Shown here: piece by piece, positions 18,057-27,081 of the stretch
Position numbering within the stretch: position 1 is the stretch's first letter
How the letters are laid out: each line of letters opens with the position of its first letter
Virus record (IMG/VR): IMGVR_UViG_3300032272_000004
Direction: 5' to 3' (one strand)
Origin: an uncultured virus (IMG/VR IMGVR_UViG_3300032272_000004)
Taxonomy: Duplodnaviria > Heunggongvirae > Uroviricota > Caudoviricetes
DNA length: 64,000 nt
The notes under the pieces: generated by a model
What the model was told of the DNA's origin: nothing
Seen by the model: the letters and a program-made list of their open reading frames with translations, nothing else
Databases searched by the model: none
Position numbers and translations under genes: made by a program

Positions 18057-18965
18057 CTATCCCTCGTATACGCGCTCGGAAAGCTCGTCGATCGTCAGGC
18101 ACCCGCCTTGGCCAGCGCGGCCCGGGTTGCCAGTCATCCCCTCGTCATCCCAGGGTGCCGGAGGGGGTGGAGCGTCGTCGTAGGTCTCGTAGGGTTGCTC
18201 CCACTCTCCCGGGGATCCTCCCTGACTTTCCTGGTACTGGCGCCACTCCTCCTCCTGCACATCGGCGATCATGCCGGCCGTAGCCTGCTCGGCGAGGGCC
18301 TCCTGGATTGCATAGATCTCTTCGGGGTTCTTGTGAGCCCACTCCGCAAAGGCCTCGGAGAGGGACATCCGGTCCTTGGGTGGGTACAGGCTGTGTGCAA
18401 CCTGGTCGAAGACTTCGCCCATGCCAGGACCCATCACCTCCGCGTCACGGCGTGCAGCATCGAACATCTCGGAGCGCTTCTCGTGACTCCGACGCCCGGC
18501 GGCGGCATAGGCCGCTCGACGCTGCGGGGACATCTCTCCACGAGCCCGGTCGAGCGCCTCCAACCGGAGACTCTCGGCCTCGTCGATCGATTCGCGAAGG
18601 AGCAGGCGCTGGCGAGCACAGTCCTCCTTCTGCTTGCGCATCGCAGCGCGCCCTTCCGCCCTCACCTGGCGCAGGTTGATCTTGGCGGCGCCGACCGGCC
18701 CGATGTTGGGCTGATACACCTGCGCAAAGGAGCGCCATCCGAGCTGGCGATCGTAGAACTGCACGTTGTCGGGCGCGACACCTTCAGCCAGGACGAATCC
18801 GCCGGGCTGCGCATAGCCGATGATCTCTTCTGCGGGGAGCGCGAGCACGACGCTCTGCGGATACACTTCCGGGACGTCGTACTGCACTCGAGCTCCCGGG
18901 GGGATCCCGTACTCTCGCAGCTCCGAAAGTCGATGCCGACTCGTCAGGTGGTAGAGATACATCAC
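18057..18965 (-). CDS. Hypothetical protein, possible ADP-ribosyltransferase-like N-terminus plus coiled coil
   Basis: YLYHLTSRHRLSELREYGIPP fits the LYHxT..L..I..Gl.P start of ART/Tpt1-like folds. Confidence 0.45.
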   Translation of the reverse strand: MMYLYHLTSRHRLSELREYGIPPGARVQYDVPEVYPQSVVLALPAEEIIGYAQPGGFVLAEGVAPDNVQFYDRQLGWRSFAQVYQPNIGPVGAAKINLRQVRAEGRAAMRKQKEDCARQRLLLRESIDEAESLRLEALDRARGEMSPQRRAAYAAAGRRSHEKRSEMFDAARRDAEVMGPGMGEVFDQVAHSLYPPKDRMSLSEAFAEWAHKNPEEIYAIQEALAEQATAGMIADVQEEEWRQYQESQGGSPGEWEQPYETYDDAPPPPAPWDDEGMTGNPGRAGQGGCLTIDELSERVYEG

Positions 18966-19348
18966 TTCCCCTGGTTGCTGACCGCGCCCATGATGCCGAG
19001 TCCCAGAGGACCGGTGAAGAGCCCGAGCGGAATGCCGACCATGCCCCAGGTCTTGCGAGAGGACGGTCGAGGGGCCATCGCGCTGCCCGCCTGATAGCTC
19101 AGCCAGCCGACGCCAGCGATCAGCCCCACCGCGAGCACGATCCCGAGGGTGGTCGGTGCCGAGGGGTCACCCCCGAAGCCAGGATCACCGATACCGCTCA
19201 GCCGATAGGCCGACTGGGCCGGCTTCTGGACAACGTCCATGATGCCCGGCGCGGGCGCCGGCGGCGCCGTCATCAGATGCCGCGCGGGCGGCAACGAGTA
19301 GGAGGAGACCTGGGAGTAGGCGGACAGCGGCGTATGACGCTCGTGCAT
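18962..19348 (-). CDS. Membrane protein (two C-terminal TM helices)
   Basis: AGGAG RBS; hydrophobic segments. Confidence 0.6.
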   Translation of the reverse strand: MHERHTPLSAYSQVSSYSLPPARHLMTAPPAPAPGIMDVVQKPAQSAYRLSGIGDPGFGGDPSAPTTLGIVLAVGLIAGVGWLSYQAGSAMAPRPSSRKTWGMVGIPLGLFTGPLGLGIMGAVSNQGK

Positions 19349-19362
19349 GATGACAGCTCCTA

Positions 19363-19614
19363 TTAGCGACGAATGAGGCGATTCAGGTAGGCCTGGCGCT
19401 GCTGACACGGAGCGCAGGGCTTGATTCCCAGCGCCCCGGTCACCCGGGCGACCGCATCACCGATCGGATAATGGTGTGGACTGGCACCGGTGGCTTGGGC
19501 ACACTCAGCTTGAAATTGACCTGCGTGATCGGGGTGAAGCCTCACACGCTGGCCAGTTGCGGGGCACGTCGCCGCCAAATAGCCGTCGGGGAGCTGCTGA
19601 AACTGGGCGCCCAT
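19363..19614 (-). CDS. Small phage protein (IGDAV..GIKPCxPC..R..LN)
   Basis: Motif typical of small Cys-containing phage proteins. Confidence 0.6.
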   Translation of the reverse strand: MGAQFQQLPDGYLAATCPATGQRVRLHPDHAGQFQAECAQATGASPHHYPIGDAVARVTGALGIKPCAPCQQRQAYLNRLIRR

Positions 19615-19653
19615 GGTTGGTAGGATCCCCCGAACCACGGTAAGATTCAAGGC

Positions 19654-20274
19654 ATGGGCGTTCCTGGCACCAGCATCTTTTTCGGCGTCGTCGGCGCAGT
19701 ACTCACGATCCGGGGGCTCTGGAACCCTCGGAGGGCTCTCACGGCCAAGGCCCGCCTCGCGGCTTGCCCGGGCCCGGACGGCCACGGTACCTGCAAAAAC
19801 ACGCTCCAACTCGACGTTCCACCGAATTCCCCGGTGCTCAGCGTGGGCGCGGGGCTCGTGGTGAGCTCGGGTCCCACCTGGGTGCACGTGCAGCCCGAAA
19901 ACGAGGCGGTCGTGCTCTACTACGCCGGGATTTCCCCCTCGGTATCCGACGGACAGCATGTTGGACGCGGGCAACCGTTGGGGACCTCGGCCGGGCGCTT
20001 CGAGTTTGGGGTCGAGCAGATCGTGCTCCCCGACGGCGCCGACCCCTACCTCGAGCCCGTCGAGCCCGCGAGCTGGCTGGCCGTGCGGGGCTTCCGGGTC
20101 GCCAGTTCCTTGGAAGAGGACTCGCTTTGGTGCGCTCAGGGCCGCACCATCGGGGTGCCTGCTTCGGCCCATGGCGGATGCGATCTCCAGCAGCCCACCG
20201 CCGGGGGCTTAACCCTGTTGCCGATTGCTGTGAGCCAACTGAGCCCGGCCCATGAGTTGATTCCGGAGCAATAG
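19654..20274 (+). CDS. Degenerate M23-peptidase-fold protein with N-terminal TM
   Basis: PVLSVGAGLV, VSDGQHVGRGQPLGTS and VEPASWL match the M23 scaffold; Zn ligands HxxxD/HxH absent. Confidence 0.6.
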   Translation: MGVPGTSIFFGVVGAVLTIRGLWNPRRALTAKARLAACPGPDGHGTCKNTLQLDVPPNSPVLSVGAGLVVSSGPTWVHVQPENEAVVLYYAGISPSVSDGQHVGRGQPLGTSAGRFEFGVEQIVLPDGADPYLEPVEPASWLAVRGFRVASSLEEDSLWCAQGRTIGVPASAHGGCDLQQPTAGGLTLLPIAVSQLSPAHELIPEQ

Positions 20275-20277
20275 AGG

Positions 20278-20553
20278 ATGAATCGACCCGTCGCCTACGG
20301 CATTCTGACCGTTGCAGCCCTGGTCGGCGGCTGGGCGATCGTGCGAGGAGCCCGGGAGGACTACGCCGACAAGTCTCCGTCCCCCCGCCCGGGCGACTAC
20401 CCCCGACACTTCGGCGAAGAGCTCGGGACCACCCTGCTCGTCAACGCTGCGATGGGAGCCAGCATGCTGCTGACGGCCAAGACGCTCACCATCGGGATTG
20501 GAGAGCGCCGACTCCCGACCGAAGCTGAACTGGCATCGGCTTTTTCCTTCTGA
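20278..20553 (+). CDS. Small membrane protein
   Basis: N-terminal TM helix. Confidence 0.55.
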   Translation: MNRPVAYGILTVAALVGGWAIVRGAREDYADKSPSPRPGDYPRHFGEELGTTLLVNAAMGASMLLTAKTLTIGIGERRLPTEAELASAFSF

Positions 20554-20604
20554 CAGGAAAATCCAGTCGTCGATTATTTGACCATACTCCGTGATTGCGC
20601 GGAC

Positions 20605-21000
20605 TTACGGCAGCCCCTCGTAGTTCTTCAGCACCATGGCCTCGGCCGCAGACGAATAGGGGATCTCTTCCCGCTCGCAGTGGATGCAGCGGATGTGGGC
20701 GCTCCGGTCCGACTCGACAATCAGCTCGATGCCGTACCTGTGGTGCCGACACGCGGAGTGGATGATGCACGAGAAGGGATGGGTGCCCGGAGCGAGGGCG
20801 TTGAGAGAGTCCGCGTCGAGGGCCACGTGACGCGTGCCATGCCGAGGGCGAGCATCAACCTTCCGACGCACCGCCTCGATATGAGCTGCTCTGCGCTGTT
20901 CATCGGTCAGCTTAGGCCGCTTCTTTGCGACAGTTCCCCGGAAGAGCCACAAGAGCAGCAAGACCCCAATGACCGCCGCGACCACCGCACCGCAAGTCAT
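20605..21000 (-). CDS. Membrane protein with C-terminal Cys/His cluster; start uncertain
   Basis: TM helix then CRHH..CIHC. Confidence 0.5.
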   Translation of the reverse strand: MTCGAVVAAVIGVLLLLWLFRGTVAKKRPKLTDEQRRAAHIEAVRRKVDARPRHGTRHVALDADSLNALAPGTHPFSCIIHSACRHHRYGIELIVESDRSAHIRCIHCEREEIPYSSAAEAMVLKNYEGLP

Positions 21001-21005
21001 CTCGA

Positions 21006-21452
21006 TCACGTGCACCCCAGAGCGCTCCAGGGACCGATCTCGACCAAGCGCTCGCTCGGTGCCTTGGCCTCCCCTCGCAGCTCGTTCAGGGCCAGCGCCA
21101 TCGCTTGGTACTCCGCGGTTGTCTGCGGATTTTTGACGCGCTCGATTTTCCAGCCCAGATGCTGAGCGATCTGCTCTTGCTCGAGCCCCAGAGCCGTCCG
21201 AATGAAGCGCAGCGTCCACCGGTACCCGGCATCGGTGGGAGGGCTGTGCGCCAGCACGTCGAGCACATGAAGCGACGCGCTCCGGTCGTACTCCAGAGCG
21301 GTCTCGAGTGTCAGGTCGACATAGCCACAGAGAGGGTCGACGCAGGCGGGAAGAGCGGCTGTCTCCTTCACGAGAAATCGACCGACCCAGGTCAGCACCT
21401 TCTGATTCTTCGGCTTCATTTCTTTGCCACATCGGCAGCATTTCAAGGTCAT
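21006..21452 (-). CDS. MqsA-like antitoxin (Zn ribbon plus HTH)
   Basis: CCRCGKEM..ACVDPLCG zinc ribbon; LRFIRTALGLEQEQIAQHLGW HTH. Confidence 0.7.
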   Translation of the reverse strand: MTLKCCRCGKEMKPKNQKVLTWVGRFLVKETAALPACVDPLCGYVDLTLETALEYDRSASLHVLDVLAHSPPTDAGYRWTLRFIRTALGLEQEQIAQHLGWKIERVKNPQTTAEYQAMALALNELRGEAKAPSERLVEIGPWSALGCT

Positions 21453-22546
21453 CACCACAGCTCCATTTGCTTGTCGATCGGCAGACAGTGTGGGCTCATC
21501 CACAACACCTCCGCGGTCGACGACTTGTCTTGACTTCCGTAACCTTTCGAGCGCCAGGTGTGGCTCGTCCAGTTCGAGGGCATGTCGTGCTCGCCCTCCA
21601 GACCGCACAGCACGATCCTGAGCTCGGGATGGTCGCCGTTCTCACGGGCCCACTCCGCCACGTCTTCGGCGATGTCGCCATCCTCCTCGGCGTAGAGCTT
21701 CTTGCTACGCAAGTCGTGACTGTAGGGCGGGTCGAGAAAAACCCCGCAGGGCCGCATGCCGCCCACACCAGAGCCCATGCCCATCACCGCTGGCGTCACG
21801 ACGCGGCGCCAGTCGCCGCAGCAGACGCGCACGTGGCGCATTCGATCGCGCAGATTCTGAAACCACACCTCACAGGGAGGCTTCGAGAGGCCGTGGACGC
21901 CCTTGTTGTTGCCGAGCGACGGCAGTCGGGTGCGCGTGGTACGCTGATCTTGCGAGACAGGGCCCGTCGCTGACGGTGCATCAGCCTCGCCAAAGTCCCC
22001 CGCTCGTAGCGGGGGCACTCGTTTTGTATGCACCCCCCGCGGTCGACTGTTCGGACGTTTCCTCACTGTCTGAATCCCACGAGACTTGCCCAGGTCAGGG
22101 CGACGCTTCTGCCGCGATATGCCAGGGCCCTTTTCGGCCGAGCACCACTCGCCACCGATCCAGGCCGACAGCCCCCAGACCCACCAGCCGGCGCGCTTCG
22201 TGTCGTAGTAGTGAGGGTCATCTCGCACCTTGCCGCGCAACTCCGCCAGGCCCTCCACCAGCCACGCGTGGCGCGCGTGCAGGTCCATTTCGTTGACCGG
22301 CCAGTCTACGAACTTCGCAACCGCCAAGGGATCGGCGACTGTCGCTCGCCAGAAGTTTACCAAGTGGCAATCCAAGTCGTTGACCGACTCGATCTTGCCC
22401 GGGACGGGGCGACCCAACAGCACAGCTCCCGAACCAAAGAACGGCTCGATGTAGTTGGGCACGTGCCCCAACGCTCGCCACACTGTGCCCGAGACGCGAC
22501 GCTTGCCTCCGTACCAGGGATACGGCGACTGCAACGGGTCCTTCAC
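21452..22546 (-). CDS. DNA adenine methyltransferase (Dam/D12-like, alpha class)
   Basis: YPWYGGK, EPFFGSGAV, NDLD, FLDPPY. Confidence 0.9.
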   Translation of the reverse strand: MKDPLQSPYPWYGGKRRVSGTVWRALGHVPNYIEPFFGSGAVLLGRPVPGKIESVNDLDCHLVNFWRATVADPLAVAKFVDWPVNEMDLHARHAWLVEGLAELRGKVRDDPHYYDTKRAGWWVWGLSAWIGGEWCSAEKGPGISRQKRRPDLGKSRGIQTVRKRPNSRPRGVHTKRVPPLRAGDFGEADAPSATGPVSQDQRTTRTRLPSLGNNKGVHGLSKPPCEVWFQNLRDRMRHVRVCCGDWRRVVTPAVMGMGSGVGGMRPCGVFLDPPYSHDLRSKKLYAEEDGDIAEDVAEWARENGDHPELRIVLCGLEGEHDMPSNWTSHTWRSKGYGSQDKSSTAEVLWMSPHCLPIDKQMELW

Positions 22547-23307
22547 TAAAGCTTGGCCTCTAGCTCCTGCAGCTCCTTGATGCGATCCCGAAGCTTGCTC
22601 TTGACAGAAGCCATCATGGACTGGACCGCGGAGCTGGGGTCAGCACCATCTCCGGAGGTATCCGAGACCAGCTCCACGGGCGACCTGGGAATCACCACTC
22701 GCCATCCCTCGAAGGTCTCTTCCTGGACTCGCACGAAGATGATCTGCTGAGCGTTGTTTCCCGTCACCGAATTGAACGCGTCCAGCGTGGCGTCCAGATC
22801 CAGCGGCGGGTCACGCACCAGTACCGGGGGTTGTGAAATATCGGGGCCGGAGGAAGCATATCGGTTGGGCTTGGGATCTGACTTCGGCATCGTTTCCTCG
22901 ACAGGTGGCGGGCTTGGAGTGGTGGGGTCTATCGCCTCGGTCCTGCGCTTTTCCTCCAGAGAACACTGCAGGGCGGTACTGAGCTTGGGCGTTCTCTTCT
23001 TTTGGGGTGCGTTCTTGAGCGGCCTGAACGCAGGTGGACTTGGAGTGGTGGGTGGCGGAGCCGAAGACTCGACGACCGGTGCGGGATTGGATGGGCAAGA
23101 CGCTCCGGGAGGCTCGAATCCCACCGAGCGAAGCGCGGAAACGATGTTCTTGTAGGCGCGAGGGTCGCGAGAATGCGGCGCCATCGTGATCATCCGAAGG
23201 GTGACGTCCTTGGGATAGACCTTGCAGTGGCCCCGAGCCGAAGTCTCCACTCGGAAACCCTGAGACCGAAGCTCCCGGATCAGCTCCCTCTTACTGAGAA
23301 TCTTCAC
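22546..23307 (-). CDS. HicA-like domain, Pro-rich linker, possible HicB-like domain
   Basis: RELIRELRSQGFRV..GHCKV..SRDPRAYKN..LRSVGF; C-terminal EETFEGWRVVIP..GDGADPSSAVQSM. Confidence 0.65.
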   Translation of the reverse strand: MKILSKRELIRELRSQGFRVETSARGHCKVYPKDVTLRMITMAPHSRDPRAYKNIVSALRSVGFEPPGASCPSNPAPVVESSAPPPTTPSPPAFRPLKNAPQKKRTPKLSTALQCSLEEKRRTEAIDPTTPSPPPVEETMPKSDPKPNRYASSGPDISQPPVLVRDPPLDLDATLDAFNSVTGNNAQQIIFVRVQEETFEGWRVVIPRSPVELVSDTSGDGADPSSAVQSMMASVKSKLRDRIKELQELEAKL

Positions 23308-23536
23308 ACACAGCTCCCGGAGACCGGAATAGTCATACAGTGGCGAACAGGCGAGTCCGCCCGGCGAAGAAGAAGACCTGGGGGCTGAAGGTAGTTGTCA
23401 CTGGCCGGCCCGTAGTTGTGGTCTGGGCATATTGGCCCGGGCACATTGAAGAACGCAAATATCTCGCCTTCGAGCATGCTGCGTTCCCACACCTTCTGGC
23501 AGGCAGCGCAGTCCCAGTCACCGGGCCAGCCCCCAG

Positions 23537-23929
23537 TCATTTGGTGCCGCACAGCTCTGGCGTGAGCTGCTCCTCGATCGACTTCAGCTTTCGGCGAGCA
23601 GCATTGAGCCGCGACTTGACCCGGCGCTCCTCCGCCTTCAGTTGCGCAACCTCGGCGGTGAGCTGCTGGCGCTTCTGTCTCGAGTAGGTCAGCTTGCGCT
23701 CCGCCTGCATGAACTGACGCAGCACCACGTAAGGACTCAGAGGCTCGCGACAGCCCGCGCAGAACACCATCTGAGTCGTAGTGTCGATGACGACCTGAAA
23801 ATGCAGGTGAGAACAAAGCGTCGGCGCTCGCTGCGAAATCGCCTCGCCAGCCTCCAGGGGGCTGAGTAGCGACGGCAGCGGCTTGCCGGTGCGGATGTCG
23901 ACGACGGGGGGCTCAGTATCTTTCGTCAT
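23537..23929 (-). CDS. Zn-finger plus coiled-coil phage protein
   Basis: CSH..VID..VFCAGC..LSPY; paralog at 45334-45843. Confidence 0.65.
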   Translation of the reverse strand: MTKDTEPPVVDIRTGKPLPSLLSPLEAGEAISQRAPTLCSHLHFQVVIDTTTQMVFCAGCREPLSPYVVLRQFMQAERKLTYSRQKRQQLTAEVAQLKAEERRVKSRLNAARRKLKSIEEQLTPELCGTK

Positions 23930-24338
23930 GGCACCCCCAGGGTAGCTCGAGGGTGGCGATCAGAGCTTCGAGGCGGCCTGGCCCAAACGCTATCTTTTTT
24001 TCTCTGGAGACAGCCGCCCAACGTCGGCTGGGCTCGCCGTCGAAGGGTGCGACATAGAGGTTCGGGTTGCCCGCCCAAGAGGCAGCCAACGCAGCCACGC
24101 AGCCTCGGGTGGCGTCGTCCACCAGATCGGGGATGTTGGACCACCACTTGTTCTTCGGGTAGTCGAACGCCAGGTACTTCGGATCGACCAGCTTGCAGCC
24201 GCTCGCGTTGTGGGTCACGAGCTTGTTGTTCTCAAACTTGTACAACACCCGATAGCCGTCGACGTCCACGCTGCCGAGAAGCCAGCGCCAGCCCGGGGCA
24301 GCAACCGCCCGTTTCCCCAGCTTCTGGAAGGGGGTCAT
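23913..24338 (-). CDS. Hypothetical phage protein (PDLxDxATxGC family)
   Basis: WRWLLG..IPDLVDDATRGC..LEALIATLE. Confidence 0.6.
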   Translation of the reverse strand: MTPFQKLGKRAVAAPGWRWLLGSVDVDGYRVLYKFENNKLVTHNASGCKLVDPKYLAFDYPKNKWWSNIPDLVDDATRGCVAALAASWAGNPNLYVAPFDGEPSRRWAAVSREKKIAFGPGRLEALIATLELPWGCHDERY

Positions 24339-24616
24339 TCGGGCACCTTCAGGTCCACAACCGCGACAAACTCCCGCAGCGCGCGATCGTTCACCAAGGG
24401 CTTTCCCTCGATGGGCACGTCCAGGTGCCCACGAGTCCGCAGAGCCTCTTTGGCGTCCGCGTAGGTGACGTCGTAGTGCCACGTCGTACCGTGGGTCGAT
24501 TGCTCCCGCACCTCCATCCGGGCCTGGGCCCGTTCGGTCACCTGCACGTTGTTCCACCAGTACTCGACCTCGAGCTGGTGCACGAAGATGGGCTCCGGGC
24601 GCGTGGTCCCAGTCAT
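24335..24616 (-). CDS. Hypothetical protein
   Basis: GGAGG RBS; ATGA overlaps at both ends. Confidence 0.55.
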   Translation of the reverse strand: MTGTTRPEPIFVHQLEVEYWWNNVQVTERAQARMEVREQSTHGTTWHYDVTYADAKEALRTRGHLDVPIEGKPLVNDRALREFVAVVDLKVPE

Positions 24617-24960
24617 GCGACCTCCGGAGGGGCAGGCTTGCGAATCGGCGCCCAATGGGTGGGGGTCACGATCGAATACCCGTCTCGGTTCTTCCAGCCC
24701 TGCGAAACCCACAGGGTACCGATGAACACCTTGCCACCTGAGCAGACCCAGACCTCGGTGTGAGAGTCGGGCGTATTATCGGGTGTCAATTCCTTCATTT
24801 CCGGGTCGTAGTCGCCGGCGATGTCCGCTGCCAGTTGCGCTGCCCTTCGGTCGTTACTCGTATCACCGGACCGGCTCCCGACAGAGAATGCGGCGGCCAT
24901 CGACGCCTTGATGAGTTCTCCCAACCGCTCCCGCAGCCCGCCCATCAGTTCCAACTCCAC
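24613..24960 (-). CDS. DUF551-like protein
   Basis: C-terminal TPTHWAPI..PP. Confidence 0.55.
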   Translation of the reverse strand: MELELMGGLRERLGELIKASMAAAFSVGSRSGDTSNDRRAAQLAADIAGDYDPEMKELTPDNTPDSHTEVWVCSGGKVFIGTLWVSQGWKNRDGYSIVTPTHWAPIRKPAPPEVA

Positions 24961-25463
24961 GCGTCGAAGGCAATTTCCTCGAACGAAGTCTCGAGGCCAG
25001 CCTCTTCGAGATCACTCGCCACCAAATCCATTCTGGACTCGGAGGGGAGCTGCATCACGCGCGGCAGGGGTGAGCCGAGCCTGAAGCTAAACTGGTGCAG
25101 CTCCAGCATCGAGCACAGCATCGAGGCCCAGCGCGGATCGATGATCTTTCCCTCGGTCCACGGATCGCCCCCCGCGGCAGCTGAGTTGATCGCGACGTCC
25201 AGTACCTTCTGAGGGTCGAGCGCGGACCCCAACTGATTGATGACGAGCAGTTCGGGTTTACCGTACACGTCCTCCATGCCGATCGTGTACGCCCAGCGTG
25301 GCAACATCGCTCGGCCGCGAAACTGGAGCCCAAACCCCACATCCATGGGCGCCGGCACGATCGGGCAGGCGACGTACATCATGTTGACCTTGGCCTCGGA
25401 GATCTGCGCCTGGAAACGCTCCAGCACCTGGCATTTCTCTGCGTGTCGGGCGAGTTCGATCAT
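24945..25463 (-). CDS. DUF4262-like protein
   Basis: WAYTIGM...GKPELLV. Confidence 0.6.
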   Translation of the reverse strand: MIELARHAEKCQVLERFQAQISEAKVNMMYVACPIVPAPMDVGFGLQFRGRAMLPRWAYTIGMEDVYGKPELLVINQLGSALDPQKVLDVAINSAAAGGDPWTEGKIIDPRWASMLCSMLELHQFSFRLGSPLPRVMQLPSESRMDLVASDLEEAGLETSFEEIAFDAWSWN

Positions 25464-26143
25464 CAATTCATATCCTTTGAGGGAACAGAGGGAACCTCGA
25501 TTGCCAGGTTCGAGAGACGCGACCCCTCGAGTGTGGGGTCGCTGAGCAGGGGTTGGTGCGACATCGACGTGTTCGCAAAGCGAATGTCGTCGGGGTAGCG
25601 CTGATTGTGATCCGGCATCAGCAGCTGAAGGACCTCGAAAGGTCGCTTCAGGTCTTGGCAGTAGGTCTCGTGATAGGTGAGCCCGACGCTGCAGAGCAGC
25701 TCGTGCCACCGAGGATCGACGGGAGAGGCCTTGACGATGAATGGAGTGAAAATCTCGGCACGATGCCCGGCCTCGAGCTTCATGCCGCCATTCGACGCCT
25801 CCGTCACCAGCGACACGCAGCGCACGAGCACCGCCGCCATCAGATCAGCCGGCGCCGTGCCGATGATCAGCAGTTCTGGATGATCGAGCATCTGCAGAAA
25901 ACCGGTCGTGTAGCAGTGGGCGTAACCAAACGGGCCGGGCGGATTGAGGAGCTGCAGGCCCTGCGAGGTGGTGGGTCGCGGCGTCGTGTGGATGATCTCG
26001 ATACCGGTCTCCGGGTCGACCGGAGGCACCAGCGTGGTCACCTGAATACCGCCGCCGCTCTCCTGAATGGTCTCGTGAAGCTCTCGGGCGTAAGCAATCC
26101 GACGCCGAGCGGCCTCGCTGGCGTCGCTCCCGCGCTCATCCAT
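25463..26143 (-). CDS. DUF4262-like protein
   Basis: CYTTGF..DHPELLIIG..LQLLMPD..RYPDD..QPLL. Confidence 0.7.
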   Translation of the reverse strand: MDERGSDASEAARRRIAYARELHETIQESGGGIQVTTLVPPVDPETGIEIIHTTPRPTTSQGLQLLNPPGPFGYAHCYTTGFLQMLDHPELLIIGTAPADLMAAVLVRCVSLVTEASNGGMKLEAGHRAEIFTPFIVKASPVDPRWHELLCSVGLTYHETYCQDLKRPFEVLQLLMPDHNQRYPDDIRFANTSMSHQPLLSDPTLEGSRLSNLAIEVPSVPSKDMN

Positions 26144-26384
26144 CAGTGCCCCTCCCCTCGGGGTAGGGACGGCCAGCGACGTCCCGCAGAGCCTCTGGGG
26201 CGCCTGAGTTCTTCGCGTTGGCCCGCTCCCGAGCGGCACGGCGGCGAGCGGCACGACGCTCGCTAGCTGCACGGCGACGATGACTCGTCACCAGGTTGTA
26301 CCAAGCACCGCTCGGGTGGATGCCAAGGGTGCGGCCCTTCACGCGGACCATGGATCGACGGATTCTTCGTGTGACACTTGCCAT
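26136..26384 (-). CDS. Small Arg-rich protein
   Basis: First ORF after the promoter at 26396-26424. Confidence 0.5.
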   Translation of the reverse strand: MASVTRRIRRSMVRVKGRTLGIHPSGAWYNLVTSHRRRAASERRAARRRAARERANAKNSGAPEALRDVAGRPYPEGRGTDG

Positions 26385-26395
26385 AGGTGTCGAGC

Positions 26396-26424
26396 ACGAT
26401 GCACCCTGGTTCGGGGTCTGTCAA
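26396..26424 (-). promoter_or_regulatory. Sigma70-type promoter
   Basis: TTGACA-17 nt-CATCGT in an intergenic gap. Confidence 0.6.
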
Positions 26425-26439
26425 CCGAAGGGGCGCCGA

Positions 26440-27072
26440 TTAGCCGACGATGCCGTCCTTCTCGACGGCCAGGATGTCCCCGGTGATGATCGCCCGGATG
26501 CCCTCGGTCTCGTGATACAGGAACAGAAACGGCAGCTCGGTCTCGGGATGCACGGCCCCCGCAAGCCACATCTCGAAGGTCACACAGTTGAAGACCGAGT
26601 CGCTCGGCGGAAAGACCGGGACGTCATCCCCGAGCTCGAACACCGCGTCTTCGGCGCGAGCTTCGACGCGCTTGCGTTCTGAGCGATTGCGTGGGGTGTC
26701 GTAGCCCTCGAGCAGCTCGTAGTGGAATCCCAGGAGCGGCGCGAGCTTCGCAAAGTGCTGCGGCATCGGTTCGATGGGGCGGAGCTTCTGGCCTGGCAGC
26801 GAGACCGCTCGGGAGGTCTCGCCGTCGAGCAGAAAACCGGGCACCACGTAGAGACGCTGCGGACCCTCCGTCAGGTGCTTGTAGTCCTCGAAGTCGGCCT
26901 TCGCCTTCCACTTGTCGCTCGTGTACTTCTCGCTCAGCACCCGGCCAGCCTCCACAAACTTCGTGGGCCAGCTGAAGTTCATCGTCTCCTCGTCCGAGAC
27001 GTTCTTGGCGTAGAACGCCTTGCGCATCGCAGCAGCGGTGTCGTGGGTATCGACGACGCGAATTCGACTCAT
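26440..27072 (-). CDS. Hypothetical protein
   Basis: 210 aa; TAGATT 6 nt upstream of ATG. Confidence 0.65.
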   Translation of the reverse strand: MSRIRVVDTHDTAAAMRKAFYAKNVSDEETMNFSWPTKFVEAGRVLSEKYTSDKWKAKADFEDYKHLTEGPQRLYVVPGFLLDGETSRAVSLPGQKLRPIEPMPQHFAKLAPLLGFHYELLEGYDTPRNRSERKRVEARAEDAVFELGDDVPVFPPSDSVFNCVTFEMWLAGAVHPETELPFLFLYHETEGIRAIITGDILAVEKDGIVG

Positions 27073-27081
27073 GGTACCAAT

